Source: Candidatus Altimarinota bacterium (GTDB lineage Bacteria; Patescibacteriota; Gracilibacteria; 1-14-2-50-48-13). From it: a DNA stretch of 64,000 nt. Positions within the stretch are counted from its first letter, which is position 1, and each line of letters starts with the position of its first letter. The stretch is from NCBI GenBank assembly GCA_046314355.1, contig JBKBWQ010000001.1:1216001-1280000 (forward strand), written 5' to 3'. A model generated the notes under the pieces. It searched no databases. It was not told the DNA's origin and worked only from the letters and a program-made list of their open reading frames with translations. Below are positions 21,417-30,656 of this stretch, one piece after another. A program made the position numbers and the translations under genes.

Positions 21417-22256
21417 TTAATGAGAGCTATTGGTAGATTTGATTTTAAGATCCTGCATTGCTTTTATATATTCCTTCATAGAAGCTTCATAAGGATTCTG
21501 GTCAGCGGTTTTCTTGACTATGATAGGTTCACCAATCATAAGCTTCCATTTATCATCTTGCTTGGAAACGTAGCAAGGTATGATCGGAGAAGATGTTAAA
21601 GCTGCAATCTGAAAAACCCCTACTTTTAAGCTATTTCTCCATATCTCAAAAGCATCCTTATCTTTGCTGGATTTGTGTTGGGCATGTTTTGGAATAATAT
21701 GCTCATCAGTAAACTCCTGTGAATTTTTCTCATACCAATTTCCGTAAGGATACATTGTGACATTTGTATTGTCAGTTTTTTGAGTATTTTCAGAATCTGG
21801 AGAAAGTACATCTATGATATCTTGAATGTTGTCTTTATTCTCTTTTCTTATTAATTGAGGTTCATGCACATTGATATTTACTGGTAAGGCATTTACAGCT
21901 TTTTTTGCTAAAAGACTAAAAACTTTCTGATGTGTTTTATATGCTAAATACTTTATTTTACTTTCTCCAATTTCAAGATCCATATCACCTCGTGCTACAG
22001 GGCGGTTTTTTTGTATTCCGTAACTTTTAAGCAGCTTTTGAAGAGCAGGAAAGTCATCGGCAAGTGCAAACTGCTGCCGCATTTTACTGTCTGGCATTAT
22101 GTGATTAGGTGCAATAATTGCATGTTTTCCTAAGAGATTTAAAGTCTTTATATATTCTAGATTTTTAAGGGTTTCCTTATCTAACTCAAGCCATTCTTTT
22201 GGATGACCAGATTCTTTTTCTAGCTTTCGAAATACATTTAAAATCTTTGACGGCAT
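21417..22256 (-). CDS. Divergent lysophospholipid acyltransferase (PlsC-like)
   Basis: IIAPNH block I, YPYG (FPEG-like), GVFQIAALTSSPIIPCYV, IGEPI. Confidence 0.55.
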   Translation of the reverse strand: MPSKILNVFRKLEKESGHPKEWLELDKETLKNLEYIKTLNLLGKHAIIAPNHIMPDSKMRQQFALADDFPALQKLLKSYGIQKNRPVARGDMDLEIGESKIKYLAYKTHQKVFSLLAKKAVNALPVNINVHEPQLIRKENKDNIQDIIDVLSPDSENTQKTDNTNVTMYPYGNWYEKNSQEFTDEHIIPKHAQHKSSKDKDAFEIWRNSLKVGVFQIAALTSSPIIPCYVSKQDDKWKLMIGEPIIVKKTADQNPYEASMKEYIKAMQDLKIKSTNSSH

Positions 22257-22317
22257 AATATAAAAAAGAGGTATATAACAAGTATACACCTCCTCTTATG
22301 TCTTGAACAATTATCTA

Positions 22318-22572
22318 TTATTCTTGTTTCTGCTTCTCAAAATCAAGTACCGCATTCTGGAATGCACTCAAGAAACTTCGCGCAACTTCCGGCGTCATAA
22401 TGATTCTCTCCACGAGCTCACCTGTTGGTGGATTCTGCGCTGGAAGCATGAATGCAAAGTCTACGATGACTTCATTTTTTCCAATAGTGATTGATACGAG
22501 GTTTGTGTAAGCGCCTGCAAGCTTATGCGGAGGTATATTAATAGTGATATCTGTAGGTTTATTATCAGCCAT
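22318..22572 (-). CDS. DUF3467-family small protein
   Basis: GAYTNLVSI..NEVIVDFA..RIIMTPEVARSFL pattern. Confidence 0.8.
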   Translation of the reverse strand: MADNKPTDITINIPPHKLAGAYTNLVSITIGKNEVIVDFAFMLPAQNPPTGELVERIIMTPEVARSFLSAFQNAVLDFEKQKQE

Positions 22573-22635
22573 AGTAGTATTTGTTAGTGATGACGGGAGT
22601 AAGTATAGCAGAGAATATATCTGCAGTCATCTTGT

Positions 22636-23694
22636 TTATGCAGTTGCCTCCGCCTCTTTCTTATCCTTTGCCGCAAGCTGTCCGCATGCCGCATCGATAT
22701 CCTGTCCAAGTGTTACTCGTACTGTAGTTGGGATATTGTGCATTTTGAGTATATTCTGGAATCTGATGATTTCAGGTCTTGGTGTACACGTAAGATTCTC
22801 GATAGAACCTCCTGGATTGAAAGGAATCAGATTTACATGTGCATGCTGATCTTTGAGAAGGTTTGCAAGCTGTCCTGCATGCTCAAGTTTATCATTTACC
22901 CCACGAAGCATGACATACTCGTAGAAGATACGTTTATCGAGAGTCTCGGAATACTCTTTTAAGATTGCCATGAGACTTTCTAGATTATATGCATTGTTGA
23001 TAGGCATCAGTTTTGTACGAAGCTCATCGTTCGGTGCGTGAAGGGAGACTGCAAGATTTACAGGGACATTATCAGTCATGAGCTGCTTGATCTTCGGTAC
23101 GATACCAGAAGTAGAGATCGTAATGTGTCTTACTCCGATACCTACTTTTTTCTGATCATTCAAAATAGCAATGGCCTTGATCACTTCATCATAATTCAAA
23201 AGGGGCTCTCCCATTCCCATGAATACAATATTACGTACCCGGGCATCCTCAGCTTTCAGTTTCTGATTGAAGAACACTACCTGACCAGCGATCTCTGAAG
23301 CAGTAAGATTTCTACCAAATCCCATAGTTCCAGTAGAGCAGAATACGCATTTTACAGGGCATCCTACCATGGAAGAAATACAAAGTGTTGTTCTATTTTC
23401 ATGACGCATCAGTACACTTTCGATGGGTCGACCGTCAAAGGTATGGAAAAGTACTTTATTTGTACCGTCTTTGGAAAGAAGATCTCGTTCAACGGTAAGA
23501 GGAAGTACTTCAAATTGCTCTTTGAGCTGATCTCTTAGTCCTGCTGGAAGCGTAGTAATCTCATCGATAGAAGCTGCGCAATCTCTAAAAATAGCCTGCT
23601 CGATCTGGCCAATGCGATATTTTTTCTCGCCTATTGATGTGAGAAATTCTAAGAGTTTATCTGTATCTAAGAGTGAGTGTTTTGTTTCGTTCAT
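22636..23694 (-). CDS. rlmN: 23S rRNA (A2503)/tRNA C2-methyltransferase, radical SAM
   Basis: CPVKCVFC, FMGMGEPL, SLHAP, DIDAACGQL. Confidence 0.97.
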   Translation of the reverse strand: MNETKHSLLDTDKLLEFLTSIGEKKYRIGQIEQAIFRDCAASIDEITTLPAGLRDQLKEQFEVLPLTVERDLLSKDGTNKVLFHTFDGRPIESVLMRHENRTTLCISSMVGCPVKCVFCSTGTMGFGRNLTASEIAGQVVFFNQKLKAEDARVRNIVFMGMGEPLLNYDEVIKAIAILNDQKKVGIGVRHITISTSGIVPKIKQLMTDNVPVNLAVSLHAPNDELRTKLMPINNAYNLESLMAILKEYSETLDKRIFYEYVMLRGVNDKLEHAGQLANLLKDQHAHVNLIPFNPGGSIENLTCTPRPEIIRFQNILKMHNIPTTVRVTLGQDIDAACGQLAAKDKKEAEATA

Positions 23695-23923
23695 TGCAAA
23701 AGTGATGGCTTAAGTACGGATACTATACTGGAAAATTTAATAAAGGCAAGAGAGCACAATACGTCGAGTTAAATAGTAACTTATATCGAATACTACATTG
23801 ATAGCCAACGTATAATCTATATTAGAAACAAAAGCATAAATATTTTAATTCTTTTTGACATTTTTCGAAACAAAATTAGAATCCTTCAAGTACAATTTTT
23901 GAAAATAGAAAGGTTATTCATAC

Positions 23924-24256
23924 GTGAATAATGAACAAACAAAAAAGTTGACAGCTTTGGTTGATGCAGTTGCTCTGAATGGTTGCGACGAACATGGATT
24001 AGGGTTAAGTTCATCTGAGTTCCTTGATTTGATCCAAAGTAATTCAGAGAAAGTAGTTCCTTTTCTTTCGGAAGATCAAGTGAAAGAACTATGTAAAGTT
24101 CTTAAACTGGAGTTTGAAGAATATACTTTCTTATATCAGGCTATACGAGACAAAGGGCGTCATAAAGACAAAAAAACTGAAGAAGACTCTTCAAATATAA
24201 TACAAATATCGAACATTAAGGGCATCACTAAGAAGGAGTTAAAAACGATGCATTAA
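23924..24256 (+). CDS. Orphan protein, degenerate XRE-like helix-turn-helix
   Basis: GLSSSEFLDLI..PFLSEDQVKELCKVLKL resembles XRE helices 3-5. Own promoter TTGACA-16-TAGAAT (23855-23882), AAAGG SD, GTG start, terminator 24268-24300. Confidence 0.55.
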   Translation: MNNEQTKKLTALVDAVALNGCDEHGLGLSSSEFLDLIQSNSEKVVPFLSEDQVKELCKVLKLEFEEYTFLYQAIRDKGRHKDKKTEEDSSNIIQISNIKGITKKELKTMH

Positions 24257-24338
24257 ATAAATTACATTGAAGAGGGTAGACAACTTTTACCCTCTTTTTT
24301 CTTGATAGAAAAAAATCTCATGTTCTTATGAAAAAACG

Positions 24339-24420
24339 TTGCAAACACTACTCTTTTACTGCATAATACCCGCGGTTCTCTTTCCCGGAAGGATTGGCCT
24401 TACCAGAGAAAGAATCTTTT
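24339..24420 (+). promoter_or_regulatory. rpsF operon promoter and structured leader (possible S6:S18 autoregulatory site)
   Basis: TTGCAA-17-CATAAT, then hairpin GGTTCTCTTTCCC..GAGAAAGAATC containing CCG. Confidence 0.5.
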
Positions 24421-24444
24421 TTTATTTCCATAGGACCGAATATT

Positions 24445-24933
24445 ATGGCTACAGTAGCGAAAAAAACGCACTACGAGCTCATGATTATCCTTAAGGATAG
24501 TTTGAGTGAGAAGGCAACAAAAGAGGCTCTCGAGGCAATTCGAGGTCATATTAGTGATGCTAAAGGGACAATCACTTTTGAAGATCTTTGGGGAACAAAG
24601 GTATTTGTTTATCCAATCAAGGACTTTACACAAGGATACTACGCAATTTTCTACTTCGATCTTGCAAAAGAACAGGTAGCTGAGCTTAAAAAAGAGCTTG
24701 ATCTTGAGCAGACTATTCTTCGAAAACTTATGATGACACTTCCTCCAACTATGAATGTGAAGGAATTCATCGAGGAAGAGAAGAAAAGAACTCAGGCTGA
24801 AGACGAAAGACTAGAGGCTGAAAGAGAAAAGAAGAAATCTGAGCAGGCAGCAAAGAAGCCGTCTGTACGCGCTCCAAAACCAGAGGAGGCTACATCAGAG
24901 ACAACTGAAGCAAAGCCTGAGAGTGAAGCTTAA
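24445..24933 (+). CDS. rpsF: 30S ribosomal protein S6
   Basis: YELMIIL, LWG.K.F.YPI, GYY; rpsF-ssb-rpsR synteny. Confidence 0.95.
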   Translation: MATVAKKTHYELMIILKDSLSEKATKEALEAIRGHISDAKGTITFEDLWGTKVFVYPIKDFTQGYYAIFYFDLAKEQVAELKKELDLEQTILRKLMMTLPPTMNVKEFIEEEKKRTQAEDERLEAEREKKKSEQAAKKPSVRAPKPEEATSETTEAKPESEA

Positions 24934-24968
24934 AGCTTTCCTGTTTTAATTTTTTTAAACGTGAATTT

Positions 24969-25427
24969 ATGAGAAGTGTAAACAAGGTGATCCTCATCGG
25001 TAACCTTACACGCGACCCGGTGCTGAAGCAGACAGAGAATGGACAGCCAGTATGTACATTCGGTATTGCAACAAACCGTGAGTGGACGACACGCGATGGT
25101 GACCGAAAAAGTCTCGCTGAATTTCACAATGTAGTAGCTTGGTCAGGGCTCGCAGAAAAATGTTTCAAATATCTCAAGAAAGGAAAACTTGTCTATGTTG
25201 AAGGTTACCTCAAGACTCGTGTATTCCAGAATGATGATGGAACAAAGAGCTTTAGAACAGAAATCGTTATATACGATATGATCATGCTCGATAAGAGAAT
25301 GGCAGGTGAAGGTGATATGATCGAAGAATCATACAATGAAGCAATGAATGAAGCCATGGCTCATGATGAACATCATTCAATGAATCATGACATCTCTTCT
25401 ATTGAACGCTCTATAGACACTCTTTAA
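24969..25427 (+). CDS. ssb: Single-stranded DNA-binding protein
   Basis: NKVILIGNLTRDP, EFHNVVAW, KGKLVYVEG. Confidence 0.97.
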   Translation: MRSVNKVILIGNLTRDPVLKQTENGQPVCTFGIATNREWTTRDGDRKSLAEFHNVVAWSGLAEKCFKYLKKGKLVYVEGYLKTRVFQNDDGTKSFRTEIVIYDMIMLDKRMAGEGDMIEESYNEAMNEAMAHDEHHSMNHDISSIERSIDTL

Positions 25428-25445
25428 TTTTTATTTAATTTCACA

Positions 25446-25652
25446 ATGGCAACACAGAAACTATGCAAATTCTGCGGGCAGCGAATTCAGTGGATTGACT
25501 ACAAGAACGTCAAGACTATGCGCCCTTTCCTTGACCGTTTCGGACGAATCAAGGCTAAATACTATACAGGAACATGTCTTCAGCATCAGAAGCAGCTCTC
25601 TGTAGCAGTAAAAAGATCTAGAATCATGGCTCTTCTTCCTTTCTCTAAGTAA
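25446..25652 (+). CDS. rpsR: 30S ribosomal protein S18
   Basis: CKFC, IDYKN, TGTCLQHQKQL..AVKRSRIMALLPF. Confidence 0.97.
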   Translation: MATQKLCKFCGQRIQWIDYKNVKTMRPFLDRFGRIKAKYYTGTCLQHQKQLSVAVKRSRIMALLPFSK

Positions 25653-25745
25653 GTATTGTCCCGCGAACCACTGTAGTGATAGCGAAAGTGGAGAGAGGAA
25701 GACAATACTTATCCTGATGAAAATCAGGATTCAGGAAGTAACAAT

Positions 25746-25784
25746 AAAAATACTCCGCTGCATCAAAGCCAGTGGAGTATTTTT
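25746..25784 (+). terminator. Rho-independent terminator of rpsF-ssb-rpsR
   Basis: AAAAATACTCCGCTG...CAGTGGAGTATTTTT. Confidence 0.75.
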
Positions 25785-25841
25785 ATTATATATTTGACGA
25801 TAGTTTTTTGTCTGGTAAAGTATCGCAGTTATTCATTTAAA

Positions 25842-26321
25842 ATGTACTCTATGTACGGTAAACCTAAGCATACTTTTACTGTTCCTGCTAAAAGAAATAT
25901 CAGCAAAGTTAAAGAACTGAGCGTTGCGCAAAAGCTTAACATGGAGCAAATTATTGAAACCATAGGTCTTGATGCTATAAGCTCAGAAACATTTACTAAT
26001 GTGGAGATGTTGAGAGACAAAGATGATAATTACAATGGAATTATTTTAGAGGCAGGTGATAAAGCTCTGTCTTTTCAGACTTCACGAACAGCAAATGTAT
26101 TCAATGTAGAATTTATATCTGCGAGTACCAGAGAAGTGATCGGTAGAATACCCGAGAGTATTGCCGGATTGCAGGCAGTAGCAGGTGCGCAGGGACTCTA
26201 CTCTGTAGATGCAAAAGAATATGCACAGGTAATGAAGTGGTTTGAAGATATGTGTATATATGAAATGTCAGATACGGTGAAAGAACGGATTCAGCATAAT
26301 GTCTCATCAATCGTAAAGTAA
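25842..26321 (+). CDS. Hypothetical protein
   Basis: 160-codon ORF behind promoter TTGACG-16-TAAAGT (25794-25821); no family recognised. Confidence 0.65.
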   Translation: MYSMYGKPKHTFTVPAKRNISKVKELSVAQKLNMEQIIETIGLDAISSETFTNVEMLRDKDDNYNGIILEAGDKALSFQTSRTANVFNVEFISASTREVIGRIPESIAGLQAVAGAQGLYSVDAKEYAQVMKWFEDMCIYEMSDTVKERIQHNVSSIVK

Positions 26322-26504
26322 TAGAATAAGAGTAGCCGGAGAGACTGTAGACGTGTCTCTTTTTAAAAAGAATGTATCTACTATAGTCCATACTTGGCTG
26401 AATGCTAAAAAATGCTTACTAAAGGTAAGCATTTTTTATTTTTACTTGTTATTTTCTTTATCAATAATTATTATTAATAAGTAAAAGCTTACTAATATAT
26501 ATTT

Positions 26505-27752
26505 ATGAATAAATCATTTTTTGAGAATTATCTTACTCTTCTGCAAAATGCCGCTGAGTATTTAAAGCTCGATGAAACTACTATTAAAGCCCTTTCAACA
26601 CCGCAAAATGTGTTTTCAAAGGAAGTGCCTGTGACGTTAGAAAATGGCAAAGAGCAAACCTTTGAGATGTACCGTGTACAATTCAATAATGCGCGGGGTG
26701 CATATAAAGGGGGAATACGTTTTCATCCGCATACAGACCTGGAAGAGGTAAAGGCTCTTTCTGCACTGATGGCAATTAAGTGTGCTGTAGTGAATGTGCC
26801 TTTTGGAGGAGGAAAAGGGGGTATTACTGTAGACCCGAAGAATCTTTCTGAAAAGGATCTTGAGCTGCTCTCTCGGGCGTACATGAGATCTCTCGCTGAC
26901 ATTGTAGGACCAGATCAGGATATCCCAGCTCCGGATGTAAATACTACAGGTCAAATAATGGCATGGATGATGGATGAGTATGAGAAGATTACAAAGAAAT
27001 CTGCACCGGCAGTGATCACTGGAAAGCCGCTTTCACTTGGGGGATCAAAGGGAAGAGATATTGCTACTTCACTTGGCGGTGTGTACGTACTTCAGGAGCT
27101 CTTGAGTTCTCAGAAAAAGGACGGCAAAGGAATGACAGTAGCGATTGAAGGTTTTGGAAATGCTGGAATGAATGCTGCCAAGATTCTGCATGATCGTGGA
27201 TTTAAGATAGTGGCTGTATCTGATTCAAAAGGGGCAATTTATTCTGAAACCGGAGTAGATCCATATGAAGTAGAGAAGGTAAAAGAAGCAACGGGATCAG
27301 TTACGGCATATTCAAATAGTGATAGTAAACAGATTTCGAATAAGGAACTCTTTACTCTAGAAGTAGATATTCTAGTTCCTGCCGCACTTGAGAAACAAAT
27401 CACTGAGGAGAATGCAGATCAGATAAAAGCTCCTATTGTCCTTGAACTAGCGAATGGACCAACCACTCCGGAGGCTGATGTGATCTTAGATAAAAAAGGA
27501 ATTATTGTAATTCCAGATGTACTTGCGAATGCAGGAGGTGTTACTGTTAGCTACTTTGAATGGGTGCAGAATAGAGGAGGATATTATTGGGAAAAGGAGG
27601 AAGTATTTGAGAAACTTGAAAAGATCATGAAAACGGCTTTTAAGGACGTCCATGAGATGAGTGAAGGTAAGAAGGTCTCTTTGAGAAAGGGAGCGTTCCT
27701 ACTGGGTATAGAGAGGATTGTGGAGGCAATGAAGATGAGAGGGAGAGTATAG
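26505..27752 (+). CDS. gdhA: Glu/Leu/Phe/Val dehydrogenase (glutamate dehydrogenase)
   Basis: KGGIRFHP, GGGKGG, DIPAPDVNT, GFGNAG, ELANGP, PDVLANAGGVTVSYFEW. Confidence 0.95.
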   Translation: MNKSFFENYLTLLQNAAEYLKLDETTIKALSTPQNVFSKEVPVTLENGKEQTFEMYRVQFNNARGAYKGGIRFHPHTDLEEVKALSALMAIKCAVVNVPFGGGKGGITVDPKNLSEKDLELLSRAYMRSLADIVGPDQDIPAPDVNTTGQIMAWMMDEYEKITKKSAPAVITGKPLSLGGSKGRDIATSLGGVYVLQELLSSQKKDGKGMTVAIEGFGNAGMNAAKILHDRGFKIVAVSDSKGAIYSETGVDPYEVEKVKEATGSVTAYSNSDSKQISNKELFTLEVDILVPAALEKQITEENADQIKAPIVLELANGPTTPEADVILDKKGIIVIPDVLANAGGVTVSYFEWVQNRGGYYWEKEEVFEKLEKIMKTAFKDVHEMSEGKKVSLRKGAFLLGIERIVEAMKMRGRV

Positions 27753-27759
27753 GAAGTAA

Positions 27760-27792
27760 TAAAAAAGCTCTGATGAATGTCAGAGCTTTTTT
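27760..27792. terminator. Bidirectional terminator
   Basis: AAAAAAGCTCTGA...TCAGAGCTTTTTT. Confidence 0.8.
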
Positions 27793-27793
27793 A

Positions 27794-28153
27794 TTACCAT
27801 ATGATTTTTATCATTTCTCCTGCTCCGATAGATGCTGCATTACAAAGTAATGATAAAAGGATACATTTCCAAAGAGGAATACGCAGAAATGCATAATAGA
27901 AAAATCCTTCGATCAGCCAGATACAGATTTCTCCTATGATTGCATAGGTTAAAAAATCAGTGATAAATGCAGGAAGAATGAACCAGAAATACGGCAAGGT
28001 AAGGGCGGAAGCTATGAAGCCAGCGATAATACCATTACCGGTCTTTACTTCATGATGTTTTAAAACAAATCGTAAAAGTAGAAGCAGTGTTAATGTTTCG
28101 ACACTTATAGTAACGATCAATGCATGAAGAAACTGTAGTTCGTAGGTGATCAT
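27794..28153 (-). CDS. Small 4-TM membrane protein
   Basis: Hydrophobic; TISVE, TLPYFW, E..IWLIE and N..S motifs; starts 2 nt after the SLH gene stop. Confidence 0.75.
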   Translation of the reverse strand: MITYELQFLHALIVTISVETLTLLLLLRFVLKHHEVKTGNGIIAGFIASALTLPYFWFILPAFITDFLTYAIIGEICIWLIEGFFYYAFLRIPLWKCILLSLLCNAASIGAGEMIKIIW

Positions 28154-28155
28154 TT

Positions 28156-30087
28156 CTAGTCTATGAAAATAATAGCTTGGGTCTCTTTGATAAGCCTATA
28201 AGTAAGCTCCGCCATGTATCCTCGTCTGACTGATGCGGAGACGTCATTCTTTGTATAATCAGCATTGAATAGGCCGTACTGTTCTCCCTTATCAAGATAG
28301 ACCTGATACCATGCTCCGGAAGAATACTCTATTGCCTGAATATGGAATGATAAGAGAGATATTTTCAAAGCCTCTGGAAGTATGATGGTTTTTTCTCCGT
28401 GAAAGAGTCCATCAGAATATCCTTTAATAATTTCTTCTTCAACCGCACTGCATACATATTTTGCATACCAGGCATTGATATTTACATCGGGGAAGTACAC
28501 ATAGCTCCATCCGCGTTGTTTCTTGTCTGAAAGACAGCTCTCAACACCATTTTGATTTTCCTTGGAGGCTGATACAATAATCTTCAAAAATTCTGCACGG
28601 TTCAGAGAACTAAATGGCTTGAATGATCCGTCGCTATAACCGCTGAGGATATCGCGTTCTTTAAGATCATTTATAGACTGATAATACATATTTTCTTGAG
28701 TAACATCAGGAAAAGAGGTAATGCTTCGAATAGTGCCTGGGATTGCCTGCAGCTGCTCAACTCGTGTTTTGATCCCTGCATTTTGTGTGAGTATTCCAAC
28801 ATACTCTTTTAAAATATCCATAGTACGTGAATCATTCATTTCTAACCGGACATCATGTAGTGCATACCAGTTAGAGGTACCGGATGAATTTATTGTCAAT
28901 TTTTTATTCTCCAAAAAAGCACCAAATTCTGTAGGAGCTGCCCGCACCACATTCCCGATTGTGTTCCATTGGAAGTTGTATTGGAGAGGCGTATCAATAT
29001 ATCCTATAAGATTTTTTTCTTTAATATAAAAAACAATCTGATATCCGATAGCATTGCCTTCCTGCGTTAACTTATTGTAGTACCATCCAAATGCATCAAC
29101 TGCGGTATTCCCGGTATTAATTTTATGCGGCAATAGGTAGAAAGCACCATTGATCTGAGTATAAGGATTTTCTGCTCGTAGTACTTTGACTGGATGAGCT
29201 TGAAGATTCGTCTCTGTCAGTTCCTTTTCTCCATTAAAAAAACGTAAGGCATTCGTGACATGAGATACTGTTTCACTATTGTTTTTCCAGACTGCTTCTC
29301 TCTTTAGTAGAGGAGCGTAATCAAAGATCTGGATATCTACAGGATTTTTTGTGCCACTTAGTGCTGTTGTATTTGCCCTGAAAGAGGCTTGGAATAAATC
29401 TCCATTCATTACCATATCCCCGCAAACTTTATCTATAGAAAGATTTCCTACGATGAAGTCTCCATTTTTATTCATGAGTGCACAGCTGCTCCGTTGATTT
29501 GAGAGCTTCATATCTTGGGATAACTTGAAAGCATATCCGTTGGAGTAGATATTGTCACTAGGAGTTATAGAGTCCATGAGGTCATGAATCTCATTCACTT
29601 CTACTTCGAAAATCTTAACGATTTGCAGTGATTCATCTTTAAATTCAACAATCTTGTAGGATGTGATTACGCTTGTAAACGATTTTGGTTCAGTGGAATA
29701 ACCAGTGTAAGAAACCGGAGTAATGGAGAGTGGTATGAATTTCTGCCTATCATCAAAGGAAATAGTATCAGGTTCTTTTATGTTGAGAGAATCAAATGTA
29801 CCTTTTTGAGTGATATATATGCTAAATGGATTAAATTTATAACCATATTTTGAGATACATTCATTATCTTTGATGACTTGGACATCTAGTATATCTGTCT
29901 CACTCATAGACCTAGTCACGCCTAAGAGTACAAATTTCGTTCCAGATCCTGTAAACTCATTAACATTGATGATCTTTTCGCAGTAATCTATTGCCTGAGA
30001 ATTCTCAGGGATCACGTCTGCTTTCGCAAAAGGTGTACTAAGGAATACTGAAAAGAGAAGTGAGGCAAAAATGAGATGTTTTTTCAT
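28156..30087 (-). CDS. Secreted SLH-domain protein
   Basis: Signal peptide MKKHLIF..AKA; SLH motifs ILSGYSDGSF..NRAEF and IIKGYSDGLF. Confidence 0.85.
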   Translation of the reverse strand: MKKHLIFASLLFSVFLSTPFAKADVIPENSQAIDYCEKIINVNEFTGSGTKFVLLGVTRSMSETDILDVQVIKDNECISKYGYKFNPFSIYITQKGTFDSLNIKEPDTISFDDRQKFIPLSITPVSYTGYSTEPKSFTSVITSYKIVEFKDESLQIVKIFEVEVNEIHDLMDSITPSDNIYSNGYAFKLSQDMKLSNQRSSCALMNKNGDFIVGNLSIDKVCGDMVMNGDLFQASFRANTTALSGTKNPVDIQIFDYAPLLKREAVWKNNSETVSHVTNALRFFNGEKELTETNLQAHPVKVLRAENPYTQINGAFYLLPHKINTGNTAVDAFGWYYNKLTQEGNAIGYQIVFYIKEKNLIGYIDTPLQYNFQWNTIGNVVRAAPTEFGAFLENKKLTINSSGTSNWYALHDVRLEMNDSRTMDILKEYVGILTQNAGIKTRVEQLQAIPGTIRSITSFPDVTQENMYYQSINDLKERDILSGYSDGSFKPFSSLNRAEFLKIIVSASKENQNGVESCLSDKKQRGWSYVYFPDVNINAWYAKYVCSAVEEEIIKGYSDGLFHGEKTIILPEALKISLLSFHIQAIEYSSGAWYQVYLDKGEQYGLFNADYTKNDVSASVRRGYMAELTYRLIKETQAIIFID

Positions 30088-30213
30088 AGGGGAAGGTAGA
30101 AATATTGAGAGGATCTTAGCATAGGGGAGTGTAGATGACAATGAGAGGTTTCTTCTTGTGCTTTTTGCTGAATTTGATACAACTTAGAAAAATAAAAATT
30201 AGAGGAGATAAAA

Positions 30214-30591
30214 ATGACAGAGAGTATATCTATCTTTCCGTTTGGAAAAGGTACAAACAAAACAAAGATCTTTCTTCTCAAAACCAATGACGGTATGTGG
30301 TCTCCACTTATTGTCGAGTTTAAAGAGAAACAGCTAAGTGTGATCCAGAGAAAGGTGTATGAAGTTTTTGAATATGCTATTCAAACTGCGTTCATAGAAA
30401 ATAGTAACTTTCCTAACATTGGAAAATATCGATGTTACGAAATAGAAATCCCTTTGACTCAACACTCAAGGCTGGAAGGTGAATGGTTCGATAAAGATGA
30501 AATTATGAATCTTGACCTTGCATTGCCTTGGGCTGAATGGTGGAGAGAAAGAGCATTTCTTGAGCTTCAGGAAATACAAATGAAGAAGTAA
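30214..30591 (+). CDS. Orphan protein, possibly a degenerate Nudix fold
   Basis: KIFLLK..GMW..RKVYE..EGEWF pattern; strong SD GAGGAG; terminator 30600-30627. Confidence 0.55.
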   Translation: MTESISIFPFGKGTNKTKIFLLKTNDGMWSPLIVEFKEKQLSVIQRKVYEVFEYAIQTAFIENSNFPNIGKYRCYEIEIPLTQHSRLEGEWFDKDEIMNLDLALPWAEWWRERAFLELQEIQMKK

Positions 30592-30656
30592 ATAAAAAAT
30601 AAACCCCAGAGAATATCTGGGGTTATTTCTATTGTAAGTATACTTAGTTTAGAGCT

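Noticed and set aside
25714-25745. Hammerhead ribozyme (CTGATGA core)
   Set aside because: CTGATGA lies within a simple palindrome, with no correctly placed GAAA or stem III; the same applies to the CTGATGA in the 27760 terminator.
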